DNA of 64,000 nucleotides from the NCBI GenBank assembly GCA_045637985.1, contig JAZUAM010000020.1:66379-130378 (forward strand). The letters are read 5' to 3'. The notes beneath the pieces are model-generated. The model was given only the letters and a program-made list of their open reading frames with translations, was not told the DNA's origin and did not search any database. This document shows positions 11,880 through 21,365 of this stretch, piece by piece. How positions within the stretch are numbered: position 1 is the stretch's first letter; the number at the start of each line of letters is the position of its first letter. The stretch is from Alphaproteobacteria bacterium. GTDB lineage: Bacteria; Pseudomonadota; Alphaproteobacteria; RF32; CAG-239. Position numbers and translations under genes: made by a program.

Positions 11880-12332
11880 ATGAAAAACAAAATTTTTGCG
11901 GCAAGCGCTTTGATGTTGTTTACGGCAGCGTGCGCTTCAAACATCAATTCAAACCATTATGCAACATCCTCAACCGGAACAGTCGGACAGGCTGTGGCTT
12001 GTACGGTTGTTAGTGTACGTCAGGTTAATGTGTCTTCTTCAGATTCTTCAACCGGTGCGGTATTAGGTGCGATTGGCGGTGGTGTTGCCGGTTCTACCAT
12101 AGGTCACGGACGTGGCAGCCTGTTAGGTGCATTAGGCGGAGCCGCACTCGGAGGTTTGGCCGGTGATTTCGCTCAAGAAGGTTTAAGCAAACAAGCCGGT
12201 GTTGAATATATTGTGCGCTTGGATAATGGCGCAATGCGTACTATCACACAGGGGACAGATGTCTATATGCAACCGGGACAAAAATGTTATTTATTATATG
12301 GAGAACAATCCCGCGTTATCCCTGCTAATTAA
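11880..12332 (+). CDS. glycine-zipper outer-membrane lipoprotein (17-kDa surface antigen-like)
   Basis: Signal peptide with lipobox 'LFTAAC' and glycine zipper 'GAVLGAIGGGVAGSTIGHGRGSLLGALGGAALGGLAG'. Confidence 0.7.
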   Translation: MKNKIFAASALMLFTAACASNINSNHYATSSTGTVGQAVACTVVSVRQVNVSSSDSSTGAVLGAIGGGVAGSTIGHGRGSLLGALGGAALGGLAGDFAQEGLSKQAGVEYIVRLDNGAMRTITQGTDVYMQPGQKCYLLYGEQSRVIPAN

Positions 12333-12354
12333 GATAAATCAAATTTTATTTGCA

Positions 12355-12395
12355 ACAGAAGAGGAAAGGTGTTTCTTTTCTCTTCTGTTTTTTTT
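12355..12395 (+). terminator. rho-independent terminator
   Basis: acagaagag (12355-12363) pairs with ctcttctgt (12380-12388), followed by a T-run. Confidence 0.65.
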
Positions 12396-12486
12396 GAGAA
12401 CGGCAAAAATATAAATATTGATTTTTTGTCTTTTTGTCATATACTACGGCAAAATATAAAATTATTAACTTTCTAAAAATTGAGAT

Positions 12487-12915
12487 ATGGATAAAGAACA
12501 AGTTTTAAGCGACCTCAGAATCATCATCATGGATATTTACGGAGGTGCAAATTTAAGCAGTGAAGCAATTACTTTAGACTCAAATATTCATAATGATTTG
12601 GGTCTGGATAGTATGGATATGGTAGAATTAATTATGAAGTTGGAACAAAAATACAATTTCAGATTAACTGCTAAAGAAGAAGAGAAATTGCTTCTCATGC
12701 GTCCCACAGTGGGAAATGTAGTTGATAAGGTTATCGAAATCGTTGCAAAGACACCGGCTCAAAGTGTTTCTGACAATGCTTCAGAGAACGGTTCTTTGGA
12801 AAGTATTGCTCAAAAAATCAGGCAAGAACTACAAATGTTTGCCGGATTGCCCGAACAGAAAATCAGTTTTACGATAGAAAAAACTGACAGCGGTTACAAG
12901 CTTAGTTGCAAATAA
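12487..12915 (+). CDS. acyl carrier protein-like protein with C-terminal extension
   Basis: The phosphopantetheine attachment context 'DLGLDSMDMVELIMKLE' lies in the first ~85 aa, followed by a ~55-aa extension with no recognised domain. Confidence 0.6.
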   Translation: MDKEQVLSDLRIIIMDIYGGANLSSEAITLDSNIHNDLGLDSMDMVELIMKLEQKYNFRLTAKEEEKLLLMRPTVGNVVDKVIEIVAKTPAQSVSDNASENGSLESIAQKIRQELQMFAGLPEQKISFTIEKTDSGYKLSCK

Positions 12916-12940
12916 GATTTTCAACTTACCGAAAACAAAA

Positions 12941-12972
12941 GCCTAAAGAGATAAAAACTCTTTAGGCTTTTC
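12941..12972. terminator. bidirectional terminator between the ACP-like gene and topA
   Basis: gcctaaagag (12941-12950) pairs with ctctttaggc (12958-12967), with A-run/T-run flanks. Confidence 0.7.
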
Positions 12973-13002
12973 GCATTTTAAATACAAAATCAAACAAACA
13001 CC

Positions 13003-15456
13003 TTATTTTTTTGCATCAATAATTTTAATTGCTTCATCCAAAGTCGGTTCATGTCCTGATATATCCTTAGGCAACGCATAATTATTTTTTCCGCACTTCA
13101 AATACGGTCCGTATCTTCCCATAAGTAAAACAATTTCTTGTTTGTTCTTAGGATGAATACCCAGTGCTTTTCCTTGAGGTTTTTCTTTTGCTCCGGCCAA
13201 TAATTCTTTTGCTCTTTCCAATGATATATTAAAGATAGTATCGTTGCCGCGTAAACTGACGGATTTTCCGCCTGATTTAATGTATGGACCGAATTTACCT
13301 GAATTAACTTCGATTCCTTCTCCCAAATCAAAAGGCAAACTCAAAAGCCTTGATGCTTGTTCCGGTGTAATTGTTTCCGGAGAAGTTCCGCTTGGCAAAG
13401 ATGCTCTTTTGGGTTTTTCGGTCGTAGCTGTCTGATCTTCTCCAAGTTGAACATAAAAACCATAAGGTCCTTTTTTCAAATAAATTTTAAGTCCATTCAT
13501 TTCTCCTAAAATCTGATCAGCAACTTCTTTGATTTTTTGGGTATCAGAACTTTCTTCATCAGTTGTATCAACCAATGGTTTTGTATATTTACATTCCGGA
13601 TAATTCGAACAACCGATAAAAGCCCCGAATTTTCCAAGTTTTATACTCAATCGTCCGTTAGCACATTCGGGGCATACTCTCGGATCGCTTCCGTCTTCTT
13701 TTTCCGGAAACAAATGATGAGCCAAAACATCATCAACTTTCTCAATAACCTCAGAAACTTGTAATGGTTTTACCGCTTCAACATTGTTGGCAAATTTAAC
13801 CCAAAATCCTTCCAACAATTTTTTCCATTCCATTTGTCCGGAAGAAACATCATCCAAAAATTCTTCCATTTGCGCCGTAAAATCATACTCTACATATTTC
13901 TTAAAGTAGTTTTCTAAAAATACTGTTACAATACGTCCTCGATCTTCCGGAATAAATCGCAATTTTTCCACTCGTACATATTTGCGTTCTTGCAAAACGG
14001 CAATAATCGTAGCGTAAGTTGACGGACGTCCGATGCCTAATTCTTCTAATTTTTTTACCAAGCTTGCTTCGGTAAATCTCGGTGGAGGAGCGGTAAAATG
14101 TTGTTCAGCCGTAATTTCACCTTTATCCAGATGTTCACCTTGCTCAACATTTGGCAAAATACGATTTTCATCATCATCATCACTATCGTCTTTTGATTCT
14201 TGATAAAGTTTCAAGAAACCGTCAAATTCAATAACTTGCCCATTGGCTCTCAATAAAATTTTTCCGTCCTCAGATCGAGAATCAATAACAACTCTATCTA
14301 AAATCGCCGGATTCATTTGACACGCTACTGTACGTTTCCATATAAGTTCATACAATTTATGTTCATCAGAAGCCAACTTAATTTCCATTTTCTTTGGCGT
14401 GTTCATAACATCCGATGGACGAATTGCTTCATGTGCCTCTTGAGCGTTTTTCGATTTTGTTTTGTATTCTTTAGGTTGTTTCGGAAGATAGTCTTCTCCA
14501 AAATATTTGACAATCGCCTCACGGCAAGTTGCAACAGCTTCTGCAGATAAGTTGACCGCATCTGTACGCATATAAGTAATAAGACCTTCTTCATACAACT
14601 TTTGTGCAATCTGCATAGTCTTTTTAGCTGAAAATCTAAGTTTTCTTGCCGCTTCTTGTTGCAGAGTAGATGTTGTAAACGGCGGAGCAGGGTAACGATT
14701 CGTTTTTTTACGCTCTACATTGAATACTGCAAAATTTTGCGCTTCAATTTTTGCTTTTGCTTCATTTGCTTTTTCTTCGCTATTGATATCAAATTTTTCA
14801 AGCTTTTTACCGTCCAACTCAATCAAACGAGATTTTATTAATGCTTTTTTTACCGTCAAAAGTTCTGCGTCAATAGTCCAATATTCTTCGGCTTTAAATT
14901 TCTCGATTTCCATCTCTCTTTCGCAAATCAAGCGAAGAGCAACAGATTGCACTCGTCCCGCAGAACGAGAACCCGGTAGTTTACGCCACAAAACAGGAGA
15001 CAATGTAAAGCCGACTAAATAATCCAAAGCACGACGCCCCATATACGCCGATACCAAATTATCATCAATTGCACGAGGGTTATTAATGGCCTCAGTCACA
15101 GCAGCCTTGGTAATTTCGTGGAATACCACTCTTTCAATAGACTTTCCCTTTAGTGCTTTTTTGTTTTTCAATTCTTCCAAAATATGCCAAGCAATAGCCT
15201 CTCCCTCTCTATCAGGGTCGGATGCGAGGACTAACGTATCGGCATTTTTCAGTGCTTTTGTTATGTCAGCTAATCTTTTCTTTCCGCCGGAGCTTAATTC
15301 CCAAGTCATTGCAAAACCATCATCAGGATTAACCGAACCATCTTTACTGGGAAGATCTCTTATATGACCGAAACTGGCTAAAACCTGATAATCTTTTCCT
15401 AAATATTTATTAATTGTTTTGGCTTTTGCCGGAGACTCTACAATAACTAATTTCAT
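13003..15456 (-). CDS. topA: DNA topoisomerase I
   Basis: Toprim start 'MKLVIVESPAKAKTI', active-site region 'ITYMRTDA' and C-terminal zinc ribbon 'CPEC...CSNYPEC'. Confidence 0.95.
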   Translation of the reverse strand: MKLVIVESPAKAKTINKYLGKDYQVLASFGHIRDLPSKDGSVNPDDGFAMTWELSSGGKKRLADITKALKNADTLVLASDPDREGEAIAWHILEELKNKKALKGKSIERVVFHEITKAAVTEAINNPRAIDDNLVSAYMGRRALDYLVGFTLSPVLWRKLPGSRSAGRVQSVALRLICEREMEIEKFKAEEYWTIDAELLTVKKALIKSRLIELDGKKLEKFDINSEEKANEAKAKIEAQNFAVFNVERKKTNRYPAPPFTTSTLQQEAARKLRFSAKKTMQIAQKLYEEGLITYMRTDAVNLSAEAVATCREAIVKYFGEDYLPKQPKEYKTKSKNAQEAHEAIRPSDVMNTPKKMEIKLASDEHKLYELIWKRTVACQMNPAILDRVVIDSRSEDGKILLRANGQVIEFDGFLKLYQESKDDSDDDDENRILPNVEQGEHLDKGEITAEQHFTAPPPRFTEASLVKKLEELGIGRPSTYATIIAVLQERKYVRVEKLRFIPEDRGRIVTVFLENYFKKYVEYDFTAQMEEFLDDVSSGQMEWKKLLEGFWVKFANNVEAVKPLQVSEVIEKVDDVLAHHLFPEKEDGSDPRVCPECANGRLSIKLGKFGAFIGCSNYPECKYTKPLVDTTDEESSDTQKIKEVADQILGEMNGLKIYLKKGPYGFYVQLGEDQTATTEKPKRASLPSGTSPETITPEQASRLLSLPFDLGEGIEVNSGKFGPYIKSGGKSVSLRGNDTIFNISLERAKELLAGAKEKPQGKALGIHPKNKQEIVLLMGRYGPYLKCGKNNYALPKDISGHEPTLDEAIKIIDAKK

Positions 15457-15472
15457 TTAACTTCACCCAAAT

Positions 15473-16597
15473 TTAGTTTTGAATAGTTAACGCAACTTTA
15501 TTACCCGGACGACGTTCCGCAACACCATTAAGTTCCAGTTCTAATATCTCCAACGCAATCGTAGAAGCATCTTTACCTGTAAGTCTTATCAGTTCGTCAA
15601 CATACACACCGTCAACAGTAATCAAACTGACCAAACTTTTTGATGTGTCATCCTCAATTATATTTTCGCTATAATTAACATCATTATTTTCAAAAACAAG
15701 ATTTTTTTGCTTTATCAAATTTAATTGTGGCGGAACAACATTTTTATTACCTTTTAAAAAAGGTAATATATCAGAAGCATCTTCAACTAATATTGCACCT
15801 TTTTTTATCAGCATGTTCGAACCTTGCGCTCTCGATTCGCCGGGTGTTCCCGGAACGGCAAACAATGTTTTTTTCATTTCTGCAGCAAATTTTGCAGTTA
15901 TTAATGAACCTGAATTAACACCGGCCTCAACTACTAATACCCCGTTACTCATAGCAGCAACTATTTTGTTGCGTTGAGGAAATTGTGATGCCAACGGCAT
16001 CGTTCCCAAAGGAAATTCGCTCAAAACACAACCTTGTTTTATGATTTGTTCATAAACATCCTTATTTTCCGGAGGGTAAATTATATCGACACCGGTGCCT
16101 AAAACAGCAATGGTCGAACCTGTTTCATTGTTTGCATACATTGCCCCCTTATGGGCAGATGTATCGATTCCTTTTGCCATTCCCGAAACAACACAAACAC
16201 CGCATTCAGTAAGCTCTTTAGCTATTTTGGCAGCCGTTTTTCGACCATTTGTTGATGCAGCTCTTCCTCCAACAATGGCTATTGATTTTTCAAAGTGCAA
16301 CGCCTCCAGATTTCCTTTGGCATACAAAACCGGTGGCGCATTGTCCGAATAACGTAATATATTGGGATATTCATCATCACTATACAACAAAATAAAAACA
16401 CCCAAAGATTTAGCCTTGTTCAGTTCTTCCTTAGCTTTTTCTGCAGGCCACGGTTTATATTTTGCATTTTTCTCCAATGCCGAAACAGCATTAGCGGGAG
16501 TTCCATATTCATCAACCAGCTGATAAAATTTACTCGCCCCTACCTTATAAGTATTTATAAGGCGTAACGCTGCTATTATTTCCTGTTCGGATGCCAC
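15473..16597 (-). CDS. dprA: DNA processing protein DprA
   Basis: 'SGMAKGIDTSAHKGA' within a Rossmann-like DprA core. GTG start overlaps the plsY stop by 1 nt. Confidence 0.85.
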   Translation of the reverse strand: MASEQEIIAALRLINTYKVGASKFYQLVDEYGTPANAVSALEKNAKYKPWPAEKAKEELNKAKSLGVFILLYSDDEYPNILRYSDNAPPVLYAKGNLEALHFEKSIAIVGGRAASTNGRKTAAKIAKELTECGVCVVSGMAKGIDTSAHKGAMYANNETGSTIAVLGTGVDIIYPPENKDVYEQIIKQGCVLSEFPLGTMPLASQFPQRNKIVAAMSNGVLVVEAGVNSGSLITAKFAAEMKKTLFAVPGTPGESRAQGSNMLIKKGAILVEDASDILPFLKGNKNVVPPQLNLIKQKNLVFENNDVNYSENIIEDDTSKSLVSLITVDGVYVDELIRLTGKDASTIALEILELELNGVAERRPGNKVALTIQN

Positions 16598-17241
16598 TAT
16601 TTATCTTTCTTTAATTTTATTTTACTTTCTTCACCCTTAATAAGTCTGCGAATATTGGCATGATGCCTGATTATAACCAAAAGCGCCAATCCGGTAAAAA
16701 ATATCGTATAAATCGGTGATGAATAAAAAAACGCAAACAAAGGAACTGCCAAAGCAGCAGTCAAAGCCGATAGCGAAGAGTACTTAAACGTAAAAGCCAT
16801 TATCAGCCAAACCGCCAAAGCAAGCAAAGCTACATTGGGTTGCGTTGCTAATATAAATCCCAATGCCGAAGCAACACCTTTGCCGCCTTTAAATTTAAGC
16901 CATATTGGGAAATTATGGCCGATAATAGCCATAGAACCGGCAATTAACGAAGCCAAAACATTTGACGACGATACAAAATCTAAAAACATTATTGGTTTAG
17001 GAGTAACAAATTTAAATGCCAACCATGCTATCAATCCGGCTTTTGAAGCATCAAGTATAACGGTTAAAAGAGCCAACCATTTGTTTCCGGTACGCAAAAC
17101 ATTTGTTGCGCCGATATTGCCTGAACCGATTTTTCTGATATCTCCATAACCGGCTAAATAACACAAAACCAATCCGAACGGAATTGATCCCAATAAATAA
17201 CCTCCGATTCCCCAAATTCCATACAACAAAGTATCTGACAT
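16597..17241 (-). CDS. plsY: glycerol-3-phosphate acyltransferase PlsY
   Basis: 'GSIPFG' and 'GSGNIGATNVLRTG', polytopic. The ATG at 17241 is preceded by GAGGAG; the ORF is open to 17259. Confidence 0.9.
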   Translation of the reverse strand: MSDTLLYGIWGIGGYLLGSIPFGLVLCYLAGYGDIRKIGSGNIGATNVLRTGNKWLALLTVILDASKAGLIAWLAFKFVTPKPIMFLDFVSSSNVLASLIAGSMAIIGHNFPIWLKFKGGKGVASALGFILATQPNVALLALAVWLIMAFTFKYSSLSALTAALAVPLFAFFYSSPIYTIFFTGLALLVIIRHHANIRRLIKGEESKIKLKKDK

Positions 17242-17400
17242 ACCACAGCTCCTCTTCAATTAGATATGATTATTAATTAACTCAAGATTCACTTTTTGGC
17301 AACCTTTTTACAATAGCCTGTTAAGCAAATAAAGAATTTTAATGACAAAACGATTCTTTTGTTTAATATAAAACAAAACAATTATGCATAAGAGTTTATA

Positions 17401-18114
17401 ATGAAAAACAAATATAAAAGAGTCTTGCTTAAGCTTTCGGGTGAAGGTCTTATGGGGGACAAAAGTTTTGGAATATCGCCGGATGTTCTTGCATCATTGG
17501 CATCACAAATCAAAACAATTAGTGATGGCGGAACTGATGTTTGTATTGTTGTCGGTGGCGGAAATATATTTCGCGGAGCCAAAGAAGCTTCTAGAGGAAT
17601 GAACCGTACCGTTGCCGATCAAGTCGGTATGTTGGCTACTCTAATGAATGCATTGTGTTTGCAAAATGCATTGGAAGAGGCCGGTGTTGCTACTCGAGTG
17701 TTGTCCGGTTTAAGTGTGCCGCAGGCTTGCGAAAATTATATGTACAGAAGAGCTTTGCGCCATTTGGAAAAAGGAAGAGTCGTTGTTTTTGCCGGCGGAA
17801 CGGGGAATCCTTATTTTACAACAGATACAGGTGCGGTCTTACGAGCATCGGAAATGCAGTGTGAAGTTGTATTAAAAGCAACTCAGGTTGATGGTGTTTA
17901 TTCGGCGGATCCGAAATCGGATGCAACAGCAAAGCGTTACTCTGAAATAAGTTATGACGAGGTTATTCAAAAACAGCTTAAAGTTATGGATTTAACGGCT
18001 GTTTCTTTGGCGAAAGAAAATAATATTCCTATTATAGTTTTTTCTCAGCATGCAGACAAGTCTTTAGAAAATATCGTGCAGGGAAAAGGTGTTTATACAA
18101 TAATAAAAAAGTAA
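17401..18114 (+). CDS. pyrH: UMP kinase
   Basis: 'KRVLLKLSGE' and 'VVGGGNIFRG'. Confidence 0.93.
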   Translation: MKNKYKRVLLKLSGEGLMGDKSFGISPDVLASLASQIKTISDGGTDVCIVVGGGNIFRGAKEASRGMNRTVADQVGMLATLMNALCLQNALEEAGVATRVLSGLSVPQACENYMYRRALRHLEKGRVVVFAGGTGNPYFTTDTGAVLRASEMQCEVVLKATQVDGVYSADPKSDATAKRYSEISYDEVIQKQLKVMDLTAVSLAKENNIPIIVFSQHADKSLENIVQGKGVYTIIKK

Positions 18115-18126
18115 AAGAGGTAAAAT

Positions 18127-18690
18127 ATGGCTGATTTTTCAGATATAAAAAATGATACAAAAAACAGAATGGATAAAACGTTGGATTCTTTAAAGGCTGA
18201 TTTCGGTTCATTGAGAGCCGGAAGAGCTCATATAAGTTTGCTTGACGGCATTATGGTTGAAGCCTACGGTTCAATGACACCTTTGGCTCAGATCGGAACA
18301 ATCTCTGTTCCTGATGCTCGTACTTTATCTGTTTCTGTTTGGGATAGAGGATTGGCTAAGTCCGTAGAGAAAGCAATTATGGAATCTGATTTGGGGTTAA
18401 ATCCGTCTTCTGACGGTCAATTGATTCGTATTCCGATTCCTCCGTTGTCTGAAGAGCGTCGTAAGGAATTATCCAAAGTTGCAGGAAAATACGCAGAAGG
18501 TTCAAAAGTTGCTGTTCGCAATATTCGCAGAGATGCCATGGATGAAATCAAAAAACTAAAAAAAGACAATGCAATATCTGAAGATGACGAAAAAAGATAT
18601 GAAAACGAAATTCAAAAATTAACAGACGAGGCAACCAAAAAAGTTGATGAAATGTTGGCTCAAAAAGAAAAGGACATCCTTCAAGTATAG
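18127..18690 (+). CDS. frr: ribosome recycling factor
   Basis: 187 aa with 'IRIPIPPLSEERRKEL', located between pyrH and uppS. Confidence 0.92.
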   Translation: MADFSDIKNDTKNRMDKTLDSLKADFGSLRAGRAHISLLDGIMVEAYGSMTPLAQIGTISVPDARTLSVSVWDRGLAKSVEKAIMESDLGLNPSSDGQLIRIPIPPLSEERRKELSKVAGKYAEGSKVAVRNIRRDAMDEIKKLKKDNAISEDDEKRYENEIQKLTDEATKKVDEMLAQKEKDILQV

Positions 18691-18692
18691 GG

Positions 18693-19412
18693 TTGAAAGT
18701 ACTTAAAGTGATAGACAATAAATTAAGACATATAGCCATTATTATGGATGGAAACGGGCGCTGGGCAAAACAACGTGGTTTGCCTCGTTCTGCCGGACAT
18801 AAAAGAGGGGCGGAAACTTTGCAAGATATAGCAAAAACTGTCGCAGATATGGGAATTCGTTATCTTACGGTTTATGCTTTCTCTACCGAAAACTGGAAAA
18901 GAGACAAAGCCGAGGTTGATTACCTTATGGATTTATTGCGTCAATATTTAAAAAGTGAGCTTAAAGAAATTAAGGAGCGTGGCGCCAGAATACGATTCAT
19001 CGGCGAACGAGAAATGCTTGCTCCGGATATTGTTCAACAAATAAACAAAATAGAACAAGAAACATCATCTAACAGCGAATTTACTTTTTGTATTGCGCTC
19101 AGTTATGGTTCAAGAGCCGAAATTTTATCTGCGACCAAGAGGATAGCCGGACGTGTCATCAAAGGTGAAATTTCTGTCGATGAAATTACCGAAGATATTT
19201 TTTCTTCTAATTTGTATACCTCAGATATTCCGGATCCGGATATTCTGATTCGTACCAGCGGAGAACAACGCATCAGTAATTATCTTTTGTGGCAGCTTGC
19301 ATATAGTGAATTATTTTTTACCAAAACATTGTGGCCGGATTTTTCGGCAACCGAATTAAAAGAAATCATTTCAGATTTCCAAACAAGGGAGAGACGTTAT
19401 GGAAAAGTCTAA
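18693..19412 (+). CDS. uppS: undecaprenyl-diphosphate synthase
   Basis: 'HIAIIMDGNGRWA' and 'FSTENWKR'. TTG start as called by the track. Confidence 0.92.
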   Translation: MKVLKVIDNKLRHIAIIMDGNGRWAKQRGLPRSAGHKRGAETLQDIAKTVADMGIRYLTVYAFSTENWKRDKAEVDYLMDLLRQYLKSELKEIKERGARIRFIGEREMLAPDIVQQINKIEQETSSNSEFTFCIALSYGSRAEILSATKRIAGRVIKGEISVDEITEDIFSSNLYTSDIPDPDILIRTSGEQRISNYLLWQLAYSELFFTKTLWPDFSATELKEIISDFQTRERRYGKV

Positions 19413-20208
19413 ATTAAACTCGTTTATAAAAAGAATTGTAAGTAGCTTGGTGCTTATACCGTTAGTGCTTTTAGCCATTGTCGGAGGCTATCCTTCCATA
19501 TTTTTATTGATTCTTTTGGTTGCAGGATTGCTTTCATGGGAGTGGGCAAATATGATTCCCGGAAAACGACAATCTTTTTATGCCGTCTGCTATTTCTTTG
19601 CCGCGGCCACTTCAATATTCATCAAAGAATGGATGATTGTCGGAGCAGTTATTTTGGCTGTTATGGCTTTAGCTTTTTATAAATCCAAAGGCGAAAAAAA
19701 TCGCGGATTTTTATTGTTGGGCATTCCATACATATCTATTGGTATCGGTTCAATAGTATCTATCTATGGTAATTATGGTTATCAAATTGTTTTGTGGTTT
19801 CTTTTTCTTGTTTGGGGCGTCGATATCGGAGGTTATATTTTTGGTTGTTCAATCAAAGGTCCGAAACTTGCTCCTAAAATTTCACCAAACAAAACTTGGG
19901 CCGGTTTAATCGGAGGTATGCTTTTGTCTTCAATTATCGGTTATGGTGTATGTTGGTATTTTGGTGCTTCGGCATGGAATGTTGCAAAGTATTATGTTGT
20001 AATGGCTGCAATTTTAGCTGTAATCGCGCAAATTGGAGATTTAATTGAATCATTTATCAAGCGTCGTTTAAACTTGAAAGATTCCAGCAATATGATACCC
20101 GGTCATGGGGGGATATTTGATCGTATTGACGGACTTATCTTTGCGGCACCTTTCGCATATCTGATGTTAAAATGTTTACCGTATTTAGTTAGTTTAGGAG
20201 TATTTTAA
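19399..20208 (+). CDS. cdsA: phosphatidate cytidylyltransferase
   Basis: Polytopic, with signature 'SFIKRRLNLKDSSNMIPGHGGIFDRIDG'. Confidence 0.9.
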   Translation: MEKSKLNSFIKRIVSSLVLIPLVLLAIVGGYPSIFLLILLVAGLLSWEWANMIPGKRQSFYAVCYFFAAATSIFIKEWMIVGAVILAVMALAFYKSKGEKNRGFLLLGIPYISIGIGSIVSIYGNYGYQIVLWFLFLVWGVDIGGYIFGCSIKGPKLAPKISPNKTWAGLIGGMLLSSIIGYGVCWYFGASAWNVAKYYVVMAAILAVIAQIGDLIESFIKRRLNLKDSSNMIPGHGGIFDRIDGLIFAAPFAYLMLKCLPYLVSLGVF

Positions 20209-21332
20209 TGGATTTTTTGATTAATACTACATACTACGTTGTTCCGTTTTTACTCCTTCTCAGTGTACTGGTTTTTGTTCATGAATTCGGTCACTACATT
20301 GTAGCTAAAATATGTCGGGTAAAAGTTGCCGAATTTTCAATCGGATTTGGCAAACAGTTGTGGGGAAAACAAGATTCTTCCGGAACTTTATGGAAAATCT
20401 CAGCAATACCTTTGGGCGGATATTGCAAATTTTTGGGAGATACCGATGCAGCATCATCGGGTAATGAGGCATCCGAACTTTCCGAAGAAGATAAAAAGTA
20501 TGCATTTGCATTTCAAAATCCATTTAAAAAATTAGCAATAGTTATTGGTGGTCCTGCATTTAATTATTTATTTGCTATCGTCGTTTTTACGGCTATTTTG
20601 TTTTCTTTCGGCAAAATGGATTTTCCGCCTGTTATAGGCAGTGTAATCAAAGGAAGTGCAGCAGAAAAAGCCGGTATCTTGCCTCAAGATAAAATTTTGA
20701 CTGTAGATGGTCGCAAAGTTGAAACATTTAACGAATTTCATCAAGAGATTCAAATGAATACTTCGGGAACGGTAGCACTTGAGATATTAAGGAACGACAA
20801 AAAAATAAAACTTAATGTAAAATTAGAGCTGATTCCTCTGGAAACAGAACTAAATCAAGAACAAAAACCGATGTTGGGCGTAACATCCGTAACCGAGGTT
20901 GAGTTTAATCCGATAAAATTGTCTTTTGTTGAATCCGTAAAAGAGGCTTCAATAAAAACTTGGGATATAACCATGATGACCTTGCGCGGTGTCGGACAAA
21001 TGATAACCGGAAAACGCGGAACAGATGATTTGGGAGGTATTGTTCGCATTGCTGAAATGACCGGCGATATCAGCAAATCAAGTTCGTGGATAGATTTTAC
21101 GATTTTTATGGCTTTGCTTTCAATTAATTTAGGTCTTATAAATCTTTTCCCGATACCATTACTTGATGGAGGGCATGTTGTCATCTACATAATTGAGATC
21201 TTGTGCCGTCGCGAAATTAATGAACAAGTCAAAGAATATATATTCAAACTTGGTTTCTTTTTGCTTATAGCCTTAATGGTGTTAGCAACTTATAACGATT
21301 TTGCCAGATTGTTTAATCGTTGGTTTTCGTAG
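20208..21332 (+). CDS. rseP: RIP zinc metalloprotease RseP
   Basis: 'HEFGHY', a central PDZ-like region and C-terminal 'NLFPIPLLDGGH'. Confidence 0.9.
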   Translation: MDFLINTTYYVVPFLLLLSVLVFVHEFGHYIVAKICRVKVAEFSIGFGKQLWGKQDSSGTLWKISAIPLGGYCKFLGDTDAASSGNEASELSEEDKKYAFAFQNPFKKLAIVIGGPAFNYLFAIVVFTAILFSFGKMDFPPVIGSVIKGSAAEKAGILPQDKILTVDGRKVETFNEFHQEIQMNTSGTVALEILRNDKKIKLNVKLELIPLETELNQEQKPMLGVTSVTEVEFNPIKLSFVESVKEASIKTWDITMMTLRGVGQMITGKRGTDDLGGIVRIAEMTGDISKSSSWIDFTIFMALLSINLGLINLFPIPLLDGGHVVIYIIEILCRREINEQVKEYIFKLGFFLLIALMVLATYNDFARLFNRWFS

Positions 21333-21365
21333 AATAAAATATGTACTTTATGTGGGGTAATATAA

